Shown one piece after another: positions 20,882 to 31,225 of a DNA stretch of 64,000 bases. The stretch is taken from NCBI RefSeq assembly GCF_058153355.1, contig NZ_CM177019.1. The stretch is one strand, 5' to 3'. Positions within the stretch are counted from its first letter, which is position 1. The number at the start of each line of letters is the position of its first letter. The notes under the pieces are model-generated. The model was given only the letters and a program-made list of their open reading frames with translations, did no database searches and was not told the DNA's origin. The position numbers and the translations under genes are program-made.

Positions 20882-21234
20882 TGGTAATCCCCTTCTTCAC
20901 CGTGGAACTCAAGATCAACCGTGCCTTCTTCGGCATTATGGTTCGCTTCACCGTGCAGCCAGGCGGACGACAATACATAGACCTGACCGTTCGCCAGCTC
21001 GGCAGTGATGGTCATCTCATCAGAAGAGGTGATTTTGCTCACCGGAAAATTCTTCGGCACCTTGAAGGTCCCTTTGACATAAGGTGCACGGTGAGTTTCC
21101 TTGCGGTCCACTGAACCGTCCAGGCCGATGATGTCATCATTAACCGTCCTGTTCATGGGCACCTCAATGCCGCCGGTCAGCGATAGCTGCTGACCGTCAA
21201 TTTTGAAATAACAGGTTCCCCCGATACGGGCCAT
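20878..21234 (-). CDS. tail tube protein
   Basis: 118 aa. Lies between the sheath and chaperone genes. Confidence 0.7.
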   Translation of the reverse strand: MARIGGTCYFKIDGQQLSLTGGIEVPMNRTVNDDIIGLDGSVDRKETHRAPYVKGTFKVPKNFPVSKITSSDEMTITAELANGQVYVLSSAWLHGEANHNAEEGTVDLEFHGEEGDYQ

Positions 21235-21254
21235 TATGCAGACTCCTCTGAATA

Positions 21255-22730
21255 CTAAAGACGGAACTGGTTAACCACGGCAAAGACACGCAACTGGTTA
21301 ACATAGTCAGGCGGGAACAGCGTGTTCAGGCGGTTCGGATCGCTGGCATCACGCTCCACAACCAGGTACTGCTTAAACAGTTCGTAGTTTTCCACGATCC
21401 CCGCACGCTCAAGCTGACGGTAGGTTGCCAGCAGTTCCCCTTTGATCACCGCCGGGGTGACAATCGCCTGACCGGGACCAAAGCGGGTACCGTCACTGGC
21501 AAGCTTGTGACGCCCGTACTTACTGGTAATGACGGATTTCAGTTTGCGCAGTACATACGCGCTGGTATGCAGCGTCTCACTGTCGAGGTAGCTGTTATCC
21601 GCAACCCCGTAAGCGTTTTTCCTGTACGTGGTGACATCACGCTGAATGCGCAGTACCCCACTTTCGACATACGCCGTTGCCACGCCATGAGACAGCAGGG
21701 TCTGTTGCTCGGTCATCGTGAACCGTTTCCCCTTCGGTGCAGGCAGCATACCCACCAGCTCACCGGTCTGCGTGGGACGTGCCGGATCGTTGCGAATAAA
21801 CACCGCTGCGCGGGCGGTACGGCTTGCCGCCAGCTCGTCGGCTGGCGTCTGAGTGTCTTTTTCGTATCCCGCCAGGGTAATGTGCTGCTGGTTAAACTGG
21901 TCACCTGCGGTCACCAGTTCTGACAGCGTGCCGATCTTTGCCGTATACACATGACCATACAGCTGACGCGCATAGCTCCAGCGACCGCTGGTATCGTTCA
22001 TCTCGGTCACCAGCGTGTTAACGGAGGCCGTGTCGTTGAACGGCAAGCCAATATAATCAAACGGCTCATCCGCCATTGCAGCCACCGCGCCGGTGAGAAC
22101 CGGAGCGCCCGTTCCGGCGCTCCCCGTCGCCACGGCAATCTGTACGCCCGCTGGCAGCACTTCGCCCCCACCAAAGCCGTAGTAATTGAGGCTGACAGGA
22201 ATTTCATTCCCGCAAAGCCCCTTATGACGCGCGGTCAGTGTGACCACGCCTGCCGAAGATGAGGCCGTAAACGGCAGGGCCGGAACGGCATTGATGGCAT
22301 CTTTGATACTGCTGGCAATCGTCGTGACGTTATCGCCGTTGGTCACCGGTGCCTGCACGCGGGTACGTCCCACATAAACATTCACCGTGCCGGTTTCGGT
22401 TGCTGCTCCGGTCACCGTCAGCGTAACCGTTGCCGCCGCGCCTGTGGCTTCCGGAACGGCAATCACATACAGCTCGCCAAACGGGTCGGTCTGGCGATAA
22501 GCCTCGACCATACGCGCCAGCTGACTTCCCACACCACAAATCTGGCGTGCATAGTCTGCCGACGGCATCAGCACCAGACTGTTGGCAACAATCTCTGCAC
22601 CGTTATTGGCGTGACCAATCAGCAACGATGCCCCGCTGTCCTGTGCAGTATTCGCCGCCGAGTTATCCATTTCCGCATAAAACAGCGGAACCAGCGTATT
22701 CGACGGAATGGTGTTAAAGCTTATCGTCAT
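21255..22730 (-). CDS. contractile tail sheath protein
   Basis: 491 aa. Size and position typical of Mu gpL / P2 FI-type sheath. Confidence 0.8.
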   Translation of the reverse strand: MTISFNTIPSNTLVPLFYAEMDNSAANTAQDSGASLLIGHANNGAEIVANSLVLMPSADYARQICGVGSQLARMVEAYRQTDPFGELYVIAVPEATGAAATVTLTVTGAATETGTVNVYVGRTRVQAPVTNGDNVTTIASSIKDAINAVPALPFTASSSAGVVTLTARHKGLCGNEIPVSLNYYGFGGGEVLPAGVQIAVATGSAGTGAPVLTGAVAAMADEPFDYIGLPFNDTASVNTLVTEMNDTSGRWSYARQLYGHVYTAKIGTLSELVTAGDQFNQQHITLAGYEKDTQTPADELAASRTARAAVFIRNDPARPTQTGELVGMLPAPKGKRFTMTEQQTLLSHGVATAYVESGVLRIQRDVTTYRKNAYGVADNSYLDSETLHTSAYVLRKLKSVITSKYGRHKLASDGTRFGPGQAIVTPAVIKGELLATYRQLERAGIVENYELFKQYLVVERDASDPNRLNTLFPPDYVNQLRVFAVVNQFRL

Positions 22731-22884
22731 CGGTGTTCACCTTTTTATTCACGCGCCGGATATCACCCGCTGCTTCACGGCGCAGCCAGTAGTTGTTCTC
22801 GTCAACATTTCGCCCTTCGGTGGGCAAAAGGTCACCGCGGGCAGGGTCAGGCACTGACCGCCCTTTAACAGGTTTCACAAACAT
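22714..22884 (-). CDS. small tail-module protein (56 aa, DUF2635-like)
   Basis: ATG 22884. MFVKPVKGRSVPDPARGDLLPTEGRNVDENNYWLRREAAGDIRRV... Overlaps the sheath start. Below the ORF-track length cutoff. Confidence 0.5.
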   Translation of the reverse strand: MFVKPVKGRSVPDPARGDLLPTEGRNVDENNYWLRREAAGDIRRVNKKVNTDDDKL

Positions 22885-22892
22885 GAAGATTC

Positions 22893-23453
22893 TCAGGAAG
22901 GAAGGGTTATTTCGGTGTGATGTTCGATATCGCCGTCAGGCCCGTTACCGGGATCGAGATAATCAACATCAATCGCCAGCGTTCGCAGTTCATCCAGACT
23001 GTTCAGCTCATCCTGCTGGCGGGTATCGTCTTCGGTCAGCTCGCTGATGACCGAAAAATCGAACTGATAAATCAGCTCATGACGATTCAGATCCAGCAGC
23101 GTGCCGCCGTCATAGGTAATCGGGTTACCGCACGCTTCCGGGTTCCAGCCCAGCAGGGCCTTAAAGAGCATCTGCCGGACATCGTCCACCACATCATACG
23201 AGGCAAACTGACCGCGCTCATCACGCCCGTTACTCAGTATGACAACCACGGAGAAGCCCTCTTTCAGCTCCTGCCAGTAGTCGGTCTGGCTTTTGTTTTC
23301 TCCCGGAGAATCATCCCCCGGTACCACATATGCCGCCGGGAGTTTCAGCTTTCCGACCTCCGGCAGATTTTTGAACTGGGCCGCGCCTGCCACCCGGTTT
23401 TCAAAATACGGGCAGCGGGCACGCAGCGCAGCAATAACAGGCGTCAGTTTCAT
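22893..23453 (-). CDS. tail completion/terminator-like protein (Mu gp37/DUF1834-like)
   Basis: 186 aa. Position between the head-tail joining genes and the sheath. Confidence 0.5.
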   Translation of the reverse strand: MKLTPVIAALRARCPYFENRVAGAAQFKNLPEVGKLKLPAAYVVPGDDSPGENKSQTDYWQELKEGFSVVVILSNGRDERGQFASYDVVDDVRQMLFKALLGWNPEACGNPITYDGGTLLDLNRHELIYQFDFSVISELTEDDTRQQDELNSLDELRTLAIDVDYLDPGNGPDGDIEHHTEITLPS

Positions 23454-24001
23454 GTTTTTTTCCTTCTTACAGGACGTAATGACCGCTGTAACTCACGGGA
23501 CAGTAACTTTTGTGTCCAGTAACGACGCTGGTCGATGACATCAGCCATAAAGTTATTACGTGGTGCCAGCCGCCAGCGGGATGAATGCTGCTTTTTCTGG
23601 CGCTTATCCTTTTTGCTCATCCCGTATGCGGCATGACGCACACCGTAATACAGAAACGCCGGATAATACGCAGAACCTTCAGGAAAACGCCGGTTACCCT
23701 GCCCGTTTTTCTGGTTAGGGGAAATCCTGACCATCAGGCCAGAACGACGGGAGCTTTTACGGGGGACGTAATAACCTATAGAACGCGCAAGTCGTCCGGT
23801 CTGATAGCCGGGGTTTTCACCTGGAGCAGACCGACCACGTCGCATCACCAGCCGCCGGGCATCACGCATATAGACACGCCCGATTTGAACAAATGCCCTT
23901 CGGAGCCTGGCACGATTAAACTCCATCTCCTCCGGTTGTTTGAAATCAACGTGTAAAAATGCTGTCTGCTCCACTGCGTCCTCCCATTTGTTCTTCGGCA
24001 C
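23450..24001 (-). CDS. HK97 gp10-family head-tail joining protein (start uncertain)
   Basis: 183 aa, basic. Overlaps the upstream gene by 56 nt, so the internal start M26 (23926) is possible. Confidence 0.55.
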   Translation of the reverse strand: MPKNKWEDAVEQTAFLHVDFKQPEEMEFNRARLRRAFVQIGRVYMRDARRLVMRRGRSAPGENPGYQTGRLARSIGYYVPRKSSRRSGLMVRISPNQKNGQGNRRFPEGSAYYPAFLYYGVRHAAYGMSKKDKRQKKQHSSRWRLAPRNNFMADVIDQRRYWTQKLLSRELQRSLRPVRRKKT

Positions 24002-24356
24002 CCAGTTCCGTACACTCCAGCAGCAGAAAGCGCCGCGCCCCGTTCAGATCACGCTGACGTTTCACCCGGTACACACTGTCATCACAGACCACCTCATAAT
24101 CAGCAGTGATCCCCCGGCGGTAGCGAATGGTGATGTAATGGGTGATGGCGTCTCCGATCTGCGCGGTTTCCTGCCAGGTGGTGGCACTGGTCTGGATAAC
24201 CTTCGCCCATGCCCGGAACGCAACCGGGTATTGAGGCTCCACGCCAAAGTTATCCGCGGGCATATCCACCCGCTGGCGGATCAGGACGCGTTTATTCAGC
24301 TCGCCTGGGTCAGGCAGAATGTAGGTTGCGCTGGTCTGCGCCTGACGAATTTTCAT
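23946..24356 (-). CDS. head closure / head-tail adaptor protein
   Basis: 136 aa. Position after the gp6-like connector. Confidence 0.6.
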   Translation of the reverse strand: MKIRQAQTSATYILPDPGELNKRVLIRQRVDMPADNFGVEPQYPVAFRAWAKVIQTSATTWQETAQIGDAITHYITIRYRRGITADYEVVCDDSVYRVKRQRDLNGARRFLLLECTELGAEEQMGGRSGADSIFTR

Positions 24357-24676
24357 AGTGGTATAAGGCGATAAGGAGCAACCAACCAGTTAAAGCTCAT
24401 TGGCAACTCCATTTTCTCAACGTCTGTAACCGTTGAGCGGTTTTCGTAGAAATGGCTGACAAGTAGCAGGAGCGCCAGCTTCACATCATCAGATATCACA
24501 AGCCCATCAGGATCATCCGCAGGCCTGTCATCTGCGGTTGCATACAACGTACGGTTAAGGAAGTTTTCCGTCCGACTCTGAGCGGCCTTCCCAAGTAGTT
24601 CAAGCAACTCATCTTCATCAGAGAAATCATCATCCAGACGAAGCTGAAGCTTAATCTCTTCCATTTTTAACAGCAT
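24353..24676 (-). CDS. head-tail connector (gp6-like) protein
   Basis: Start MLLKMEEIKLQLRLDDDF at 24676 with AGGAGG upstream. The track ORF extends to 24721. Confidence 0.65.
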   Translation of the reverse strand: MLLKMEEIKLQLRLDDDFSDEDELLELLGKAAQSRTENFLNRTLYATADDRPADDPDGLVISDDVKLALLLLVSHFYENRSTVTDVEKMELPMSFNWLVAPYRLIPL

Positions 24677-24754
24677 AAAACCTCCTGTGCCCGCCAGAAC
24701 GCGGGCACAAAAAAACCGCATTACGCGGCGTGCTGTATTACGTAAAAAGACTAA

Positions 24755-25984
24755 TCAACCACCAACGCTACCTTTCCCCACCAGCGCTTTAATGGCAGAG
24801 GTGTCTTCCAGGATACAGTCAAAACGATGGAAGGCCAGAAAACCGGTCTGATCATATTCCGCGTAACGCTCAACCAGACGTTTAAGAATCATGTATCGCA
24901 CACGACGGATAATGAAGCGATCAAAGTCACCACAGAACATGAATTTTTTACCCGCCCCGATATCATCAATTTCCTGATCAATGACATACGGTACATTCAA
25001 CACTGAAGCAGGTGCCACACCAACAATATCCGGCAACCATAAAGGGCGTCCCTGACCGTCTTCCATCTCACTGATCAGTTTCAGCGTATTATCGTTAAAC
25101 GCCAGGCGGAATTTCGGTCCGCGACGATATGCAGGATCAATGCTGTGTTTCAGAGCCAGAATTTCCTGCCACTTCACCGCATTTGCCGCGGCAGTCTGTG
25201 TTGTGCCGGTCACTGATGCTGCCAGCCCTTTGGGTTGTTTAGGCGTACCAGCACCAGTCCCCTGAATCAGATAACGGGCTTCACCACGACCAATACGTTC
25301 AGCAATGCGACGGGCAAGATAAGCTTCCATATCGATCGCGCTGTCCTGCAGCAACTCATTAGACACACGAATGATTTTCGATGTCATTTTGAGCGCCCCA
25401 AGGCTTCCCATACCGAAATCGGTGTCTTCTTCACCGGCTTCTTCATTTTCGCCCAGCAGAACACCAACTTCGGAAGTACCATCAGCTGTTGCCCACTCCA
25501 TAGTGCGACCGTCAGAAGTGGTAAGAATCTGCGCCACACTGGCGATGCCACCGTAGGATTTCATCTTCTCAACAACTTTCGCCAGGAATGTTTCTGGTAC
25601 GGTATATCCGCCCTTTTCATCCTGAGCTACGCCCTGGGCACGAAGTTCACGCAACGCCTTTCGTTCTTCTGATGTCAGCTCACTGGCACCGTGACGCATC
25701 CACTTATCAAAAACCTGAGCTCGTTTCTCATCCTGTTGCGGATTGTTTTCCGGCTCAAGATTCTGACGCTGCTCTTCCTCATTGCTTTCAATGTACGCCT
25801 GATCCTGACGACGCAGTTCTTCTTCGCGTGCAATTCGTTCATCAAGCGCTTCCAGTTCGGATTTTGCTTTGTTCCACTCAGTGCGCTGCTCTTCCGTCCA
25901 TGCGTTATCACCAATTTTTTCATTCAGGGCGCGCATGTCAGTTGCGATAGTATTACGTTTCTGTTTCAGTTCATGCAGTTTCAT
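24755..25984 (-). CDS. major capsid protein, HK97 family
   Basis: 409 aa with an N-terminal coiled-coil delta-domain-like region (MKLHELKQKRNTIATDMRALNEK...). Follows the prohead protease. Confidence 0.85.
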   Translation of the reverse strand: MKLHELKQKRNTIATDMRALNEKIGDNAWTEEQRTEWNKAKSELEALDERIAREEELRRQDQAYIESNEEEQRQNLEPENNPQQDEKRAQVFDKWMRHGASELTSEERKALRELRAQGVAQDEKGGYTVPETFLAKVVEKMKSYGGIASVAQILTTSDGRTMEWATADGTSEVGVLLGENEEAGEEDTDFGMGSLGALKMTSKIIRVSNELLQDSAIDMEAYLARRIAERIGRGEARYLIQGTGAGTPKQPKGLAASVTGTTQTAAANAVKWQEILALKHSIDPAYRRGPKFRLAFNDNTLKLISEMEDGQGRPLWLPDIVGVAPASVLNVPYVIDQEIDDIGAGKKFMFCGDFDRFIIRRVRYMILKRLVERYAEYDQTGFLAFHRFDCILEDTSAIKALVGKGSVGG

Positions 25985-25994
25985 GATGTTTCCT

Positions 25995-26597
25995 TTACGC
26001 GTTAAGAAGGGTCAGGACGCGTTCACGCGCCATACGTTGATTAATGGCTTTCTGTAGCGCGCCGCTGTTGCGCGCCTCCTGCCATGCTTTCATGGAGCGA
26101 ACAGCCGAGTCAGCCTCCTGATAGGCAGGATATGTCACAGGACTGACATCCAGCAGACGGGAAAAGCGGGTTATCTCGCGAATAACAACCCCGTCCTCAT
26201 CCTGATACCACTCCTCGCCGTCACGGGCGACACGGAAAGCAAAAGATGACTGGTTAATATCTCCACGTTGCATCGGGGCCAGCACCAGATCACGAATGGT
26301 CTGTGTCTCCGGAGCCTGGATGTCATAGCGTAATCCGCGCTCATCAACTGAAAGATTCAGCGTGCCTGCTGCACTACGCCCAAGAATAAAATTAGGATCG
26401 TGGTTAAACAGTGCGCGTACATCATCACCAAGCACATCGTCAAAAGCGCCGGGCCGGATGATTTCGCGGAATGAACCAAATATCAGCTCAGAACGACAGT
26501 CAAACACCGATCCATAACCGATAATGTGCGCAGGGTTATCGTCATGCCGCTCAGCACGCACCTCACCGCTGTAACAACGGATTTCACGGTCATTCAT
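25995..26597 (-). CDS. prohead protease, HK97 (S78) family
   Basis: Start MNDREIRCYSGEV at 26597 (GAGGGAAAAACC upstream), just after the portal stop. The track ORF extends to 26654. Confidence 0.8.
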   Translation of the reverse strand: MNDREIRCYSGEVRAERHDDNPAHIIGYGSVFDCRSELIFGSFREIIRPGAFDDVLGDDVRALFNHDPNFILGRSAAGTLNLSVDERGLRYDIQAPETQTIRDLVLAPMQRGDINQSSFAFRVARDGEEWYQDEDGVVIREITRFSRLLDVSPVTYPAYQEADSAVRSMKAWQEARNSGALQKAINQRMARERVLTLLNA

Positions 26598-27846
26598 TGG
26601 TTTTTCCCTCATCATTTTTTGGGGGCTTAAAATCTCCTGCCGGGTTAGCAGCATTCACGCTTACCAGCATCTCATCCAGCCCTTCAACCGGATTCATATC
26701 CTCGAATGCGCGGGCCTCATTACGGCTCATCCATCCATCGGTAATAGCGAAGTGATAGAATTGCGCGCGCTCCTGCGGAGTTCCGCGTAAAAGCCCCGTC
26801 AGATTGAACCTGACGTAATACCCGGCGGCTAACTCAGCGCGGGTAAACAAGCGACGGTTAAGCTCCTGCTCCCAGTTCGTCACCCACGGCATCATCGTGT
26901 AGCGGACAAACTGAATCGCCTGCGCAGAAATATTGGAGAAGGTGGCTTTTTCGAGGTCATTAATCATGTGCGCAGGAATATTGAAAATACCGGCAATCAT
27001 TGAACGGTTCAGTTTCATCATGTCAATGATCTGAGCGTCAACTGGCGACACAGTCAGTGCCTTGTAATCCAGATCGGCTGGCAACAGCATGGTTTTGTTT
27101 TCCTGGCTGCGTAACGCCTGCGATGCCTTCTGCCACTGATCTTTAAGCCAGCCCCAGCTGTCCTTATTGAGTCCGCTTTTAACGGATACTATCCCCGCCG
27201 GACGGGCATTACCGCTGAAGAAGCTTTCTGTGTATTTCTGACCGCTCATCCCCATGCCTATTGTTTCGGCATGTTGCATAATCGGACTCAGCCCCATCTT
27301 CTGATTATTACCCAGCGCACGAATGTGGATCATATCGTCGGGGCTGATCGCAAACGCCCCATATTCGTTGTACAAACCGTAGGTGTATCGGCCACCAGTA
27401 TTCATCAGCGTCGTTTCCCACGGCATACAGCAATCCAGGGATATGACTTCACCGCGACGATTACGTTTCACCCAGGTATACCCATTCCCCCAGCCAAGGA
27501 TGTGACGTTGCTTCAGTTCGCGCCATTTGTAACTGGTTTGCCAGGTATTGGGCTCATCATGAACCAGATAAAACGCCGGATGATCGCGTGCGGGCTCAAC
27601 CTTCCCATTGTGCCTGCGCATAACATGCAACGGCATCTGGGCAAGGCTGGAAGACAGGACATAGATACAGGAATACACCGCAGCCAGTTTCATCGCAGTT
27701 TCAGGACTGACATAAACGTCTGCCCGGAACAGCCCATCAGTATCAACGGCATCCCCGGTTATCGGGGTGGAAGGATTCTCCAGTGCTTTACTTCTGAACA
27801 GAGCATCAAGCAGCACGCGTCCCCCTTCTGGCCATAGCCAGTGCAC
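26590..27846 (-). CDS. portal protein, HK97 family (start uncertain)
   Basis: 418 aa. Lies between the large terminase and the protease. GTG start in the track. Confidence 0.8.
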   Translation of the reverse strand: MHWLWPEGGRVLLDALFRSKALENPSTPITGDAVDTDGLFRADVYVSPETAMKLAAVYSCIYVLSSSLAQMPLHVMRRHNGKVEPARDHPAFYLVHDEPNTWQTSYKWRELKQRHILGWGNGYTWVKRNRRGEVISLDCCMPWETTLMNTGGRYTYGLYNEYGAFAISPDDMIHIRALGNNQKMGLSPIMQHAETIGMGMSGQKYTESFFSGNARPAGIVSVKSGLNKDSWGWLKDQWQKASQALRSQENKTMLLPADLDYKALTVSPVDAQIIDMMKLNRSMIAGIFNIPAHMINDLEKATFSNISAQAIQFVRYTMMPWVTNWEQELNRRLFTRAELAAGYYVRFNLTGLLRGTPQERAQFYHFAITDGWMSRNEARAFEDMNPVEGLDEMLVSVNAANPAGDFKPPKNDEGKTNE

Positions 27847-27967
27847 CCACCAGCAGTAAACCGCCGGACAGCATCAGAGCCGGAGCCATACCAAACTGCA
27901 GGTAAAACCCGCACGCAAGCAGGCCAAAACCAGCCAGCCCGATAACATCAGCAATTAGTGATTTCAT
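27806..27967 (-). CDS. small hydrophobic protein (53 aa) between terminase and portal
   Basis: ATG 27967 overlaps the terminase TGA (ATGA). [49 protein letters not shown]. Two predicted TM helices. Confidence 0.45.
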   Translation of the reverse strand: MKSLIADVIGLAGFGLLACGFYLQFGMAPALMLSGGLLLVGALAMARRGTRAA

Positions 27968-29697
27968 AGAATTAAGAGAGCATCGTCCGGATCAAGAGAT
28001 GAGAGGAAATCGTCGGGTTCTTTGAGCATTGCCCGACCGATCGCCATAATCAGTGCAACCGCACCATCGATTTTGTTTTCCGCCTGCTCCTTGACAGGCT
28101 TCACCACATCATCGTTACCCGGAATAGTTTTGCCGACCACGTTGCCGATACACCAGGTCATGATGGGATTGCCGTCATGATGAAAGCGCCCCGATTCAAT
28201 CGCCGCTTCCAGCTCTTTCATCGGATCGGACATGTTGGTGTAGTTCTGAATGATGGTGATGGGGTTCAGGTCTTCATCAGCAAGGTCATGCGACAGCCCG
28301 GTCGCCCCGAAGGGGTCGATGGGTGACTCACTGACCGGGCTGATTTTGTTCGCCGCTTTGGCCTCCTCGAGGATGTAGCGATAATCCACCTCCGCACCAG
28401 CGGTAACAGTCAGAACGCCCATTTCCACCCATTTCTGAAAGCGTTCGGCTGTCCGGCGATCTTCATTTTTCTCGACGCTGTACACCGTGTCATACGGTAC
28501 CCAGAAACGCGGAGCCACACTGTAGTAATGCGTTTTACCGTCAATCTCGCGGGTATAAAGTCGCGCCATGCTGTTCATATCCAGCTTACGCGCCAGGTCA
28601 AAGGCCAGAATGCACGGCTGCCCCTCGAACTGCTCAAGGGACAGTGATTTATCCTCGCAGCTCTGCCAGCTCACCAGGTTGAAATACGCCGAACGCGCCG
28701 ACACCCAGATATTGAGGTGTTTTGTTTTAAAGACGTTTGCCAGACGGGCGTTATTTTTCGCACGCTGCTGCTGACTTAACAAAAATTCGCGATAAACCGA
28801 CACGCCAATATTCGGGTTAGCTTTTTCCAGCACCTGCGGGTCGGTCCAGTCATCGCCTTCGTCAACGGTATAGATGATCCCGAACAATTCATCGTTGGGT
28901 ACCGACCCGTTGAGCATCTCGATAACTTCCCGCCGCTTGTCGTAGCACGGCCCCTCAATGTTGTACCCGGCGGTGGTGATGGCCCACATCAGTGGCTGAC
29001 GTCGCGCCCCCATCCCGGTAAGCATCGTGGTATAAAGCGCATCGGTGGCGTGCTCGTGATATTCATCCACGACGGCACAGTGGGGTGATGAACCATCACC
29101 GGGGTTACCGATCAGCGGTTCAAACCGCGCGCCATCCTCCGGACGGTTCATGTTTGAGGCGTTAACCTCAATCCCGAACGCTTCCGTCAGCATGGGTGTG
29201 CGTTTACACATCAGTCGAGCCGGGCGAAAGACTTCCCACGCCTGTTTCTCTGTCGTGGCACCGGAATACACTTCCGCGCCAAACTCGTTATCACAGGCAA
29301 AACAATACAGGGCAACACCGGCAGAGATTGCCGATTTGCCGTTCTTACGGGGGATTTCGGTATACACCTCCCTGAAGCGGCGCAGCCGGGAGCCTTTATT
29401 GACCCAGCCAAACGCACAGCAGATCACAAAGAGCTGCCACGGTTCCAGCGTGATGGGCATCCTCTTGAATGCCCACTCCCCCTTGGTGTGTGGCAACAGC
29501 TGAATAAATTTCGCGGCCCGTTCAGCCAGGTCCTTGTCGAAGCGGTAACGAAACGACTTACTTTTTTCCGCCATCAGGTCATCAAGATGGCGCTGGCAGG
29601 CCTGAATCACAAACTGGCAGGCCACAATCTTTCCGCGCACGACATCACGGGCATACTGATTGGCAGCATTTACGTTGGGGTAAGATTTCCGGCTCAT
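27964..29697 (-). CDS. terminase large subunit
   Basis: 577 aa. Walker-A-like IPRKNGKS. Follows the small subunit with a 4-nt overlap. Confidence 0.9.
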   Translation of the reverse strand: MSRKSYPNVNAANQYARDVVRGKIVACQFVIQACQRHLDDLMAEKSKSFRYRFDKDLAERAAKFIQLLPHTKGEWAFKRMPITLEPWQLFVICCAFGWVNKGSRLRRFREVYTEIPRKNGKSAISAGVALYCFACDNEFGAEVYSGATTEKQAWEVFRPARLMCKRTPMLTEAFGIEVNASNMNRPEDGARFEPLIGNPGDGSSPHCAVVDEYHEHATDALYTTMLTGMGARRQPLMWAITTAGYNIEGPCYDKRREVIEMLNGSVPNDELFGIIYTVDEGDDWTDPQVLEKANPNIGVSVYREFLLSQQQRAKNNARLANVFKTKHLNIWVSARSAYFNLVSWQSCEDKSLSLEQFEGQPCILAFDLARKLDMNSMARLYTREIDGKTHYYSVAPRFWVPYDTVYSVEKNEDRRTAERFQKWVEMGVLTVTAGAEVDYRYILEEAKAANKISPVSESPIDPFGATGLSHDLADEDLNPITIIQNYTNMSDPMKELEAAIESGRFHHDGNPIMTWCIGNVVGKTIPGNDDVVKPVKEQAENKIDGAVALIMAIGRAMLKEPDDFLSSLDPDDALLIL

Positions 29698-30197
29698 GAT
29701 TCGATGATTTTCAGAAACGGGTTAGTGGCTTTCTTCTGCCCCGCCAGGCCAATCAGACGCTGGCGGCTGCTGGGGTCGAGTCCGAGCATTGCCCCCGTGC
29801 TGCTCATCTCGGACTCCTGTTCTTTTTTGGCTGTCAGCTCCGGATTTTTGACCCTGCCGCCCATTGCGCCGGTGATGGTGTTGCCCTGTATGGCAATATT
29901 TTTCACGGCACGTCGCCAGAACTCATAGGCCACGCACCACCGCTCAAGCACCGCGAGGTCAGTCACGCACAGCAGGCCCTGACCGCAGAGTTCTTTGGTT
30001 GTCAGTTGCCACATGATCGTGGCGAGAGTGAGATCTTCTTCAGCGAACCACTCCGGTGGCTCAACACCTTTGATGGGCGTAAAAACAGGTTCATCTTTGT
30101 TCAGGGCTCGCTTGCCGGGGTTTCCGGCCAGCGCCTTGCGCGCCGTTGGCTTGGGGCGACGCCCGGAACGCCCCGCCGTTCCAGCCATATGCGGCAC
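29694..30197 (-). CDS. terminase small subunit (P27 family)
   Basis: 167 aa. [34 protein letters not shown] is typical of P27-family TerS. Confidence 0.8.
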   Translation of the reverse strand: MPHMAGTAGRSGRRPKPTARKALAGNPGKRALNKDEPVFTPIKGVEPPEWFAEEDLTLATIMWQLTTKELCGQGLLCVTDLAVLERWCVAYEFWRRAVKNIAIQGNTITGAMGGRVKNPELTAKKEQESEMSSTGAMLGLDPSSRQRLIGLAGQKKATNPFLKIIES

Positions 30198-30238
30198 TCC
30201 TGGTTAAATTTCATTTTTCGCGGGTATAAAAAAACGAT

Positions 30239-30287
30239 GGGGCGGGCAGTCCGGAAGACGTCAGGTCACAGAGATTTGACCCGCCCC
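30239..30287. other. candidate cos/packaging-site region
   Basis: 8-bp inverted repeat GGGGCGGG (30239..30246) / CCCGCCCC (30280..30287) in the 116-bp gap between HNH and terS. Confidence 0.3.
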
Positions 30288-30313
30288 TCCCCTCAGACAG
30301 TTGAGAATTATTA

Positions 30314-30664
30314 TCACTTAAGTCGTTCACGGGCCGTCTTCGCCTTATGACACGGCCAGCACAGACTCTGCAGATTACAGTCGGCATCAGTGCCGCCATG
30401 CGCTTTAGGGATGATGTGGTCAACGGTTTTCGCCTCACGCACCACACCAGCACGCAGACATAACTGACACAGGCCTTTGTCACGCTTCAGGACACGCGCG
30501 CGGATACTGTCCCACTTCGAACCATAGCCGCGCTGATGACGGGACTGACCTGGCTTGTATTGCTTCCAGCCTTCACTTTTGTGGCTTTCGCAATAGCCTG
30601 ACGGGTCAGTGGTTGTAGAGCTGCAGCCGCGAATACGGCAGGCCTTTGGGATTCGTGGTGGCAT
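30314..30664 (-). CDS. HNH endonuclease (terminase-associated)
   Basis: 116 aa. VDHIIPKAHGGTDADCNLQSLCWPCHKAKT H-N-H motif with flanking Cys pairs. Immediately upstream of terS/terL in an HK97-type module. Confidence 0.85.
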   Translation of the reverse strand: MPPRIPKACRIRGCSSTTTDPSGYCESHKSEGWKQYKPGQSRHQRGYGSKWDSIRARVLKRDKGLCQLCLRAGVVREAKTVDHIIPKAHGGTDADCNLQSLCWPCHKAKTARERLK

Positions 30665-30689
30665 TTATCAATCTCCACTCAATTCCTTT

Positions 30690-31214
30690 CTACTTCGTCA
30701 TCATTTTACTAAGTTCCTGAGGAGTCAATTCCCATGTAATAAACCGAGAAGACTCCAAAACATCATCTTCTCCGAGCAAGTATTTACGTATATTCTTCAT
30801 GAAGACCCTATAATCTGGGGCATCATTCTTGTGCGACAGAATTTTAGACAATTCCGTTGCTAGATCAGCTGGTAACCATAAAAAAGCCTCATTTGTTAAT
30901 TGTCTTAATCTTTTTCTGTCATAGGGATTTGTCATCCATTCAGACATAAGCTCGGCAATTAATGCCGACTTCATTCTTATCTCATGTTGCCTTTTTTGCT
31001 TATCCAGAATAACAGTGTTTGCTGTTTTTATTGTTTCAAGCATAACATCGTATTCATGCTTGACTGCATTCTGCACAGTGCTTTGTAGCCAAGTTCTCCC
31101 AATAAAAAACATTAAAGGGAGTATTACAACCCAAGCGATTACATTTGCTATCCAACCAGCGTCCATATCTATCCTCATGAAAATAAAAATGATTAACACA
31201 CAAGCTGTTAGCAT
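30690..31214 (-). CDS. AT-rich moron: membrane-anchored protein of unknown function
   Basis: 174-aa ORF (start may be M13/M17). N-terminal hydrophobic helix AGWIANVIAWVVILPLMFFIG, then a helical soluble domain. 22 G/C in the 60 nt at 30901..30960 versus about 50% in neighbours. Confidence 0.6.
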   Translation of the reverse strand: MLTACVLIIFIFMRIDMDAGWIANVIAWVVILPLMFFIGRTWLQSTVQNAVKHEYDVMLETIKTANTVILDKQKRQHEIRMKSALIAELMSEWMTNPYDRKRLRQLTNEAFLWLPADLATELSKILSHKNDAPDYRVFMKNIRKYLLGEDDVLESSRFITWELTPQELSKMMTK

Positions 31215-31225
31215 ATAACATTATT

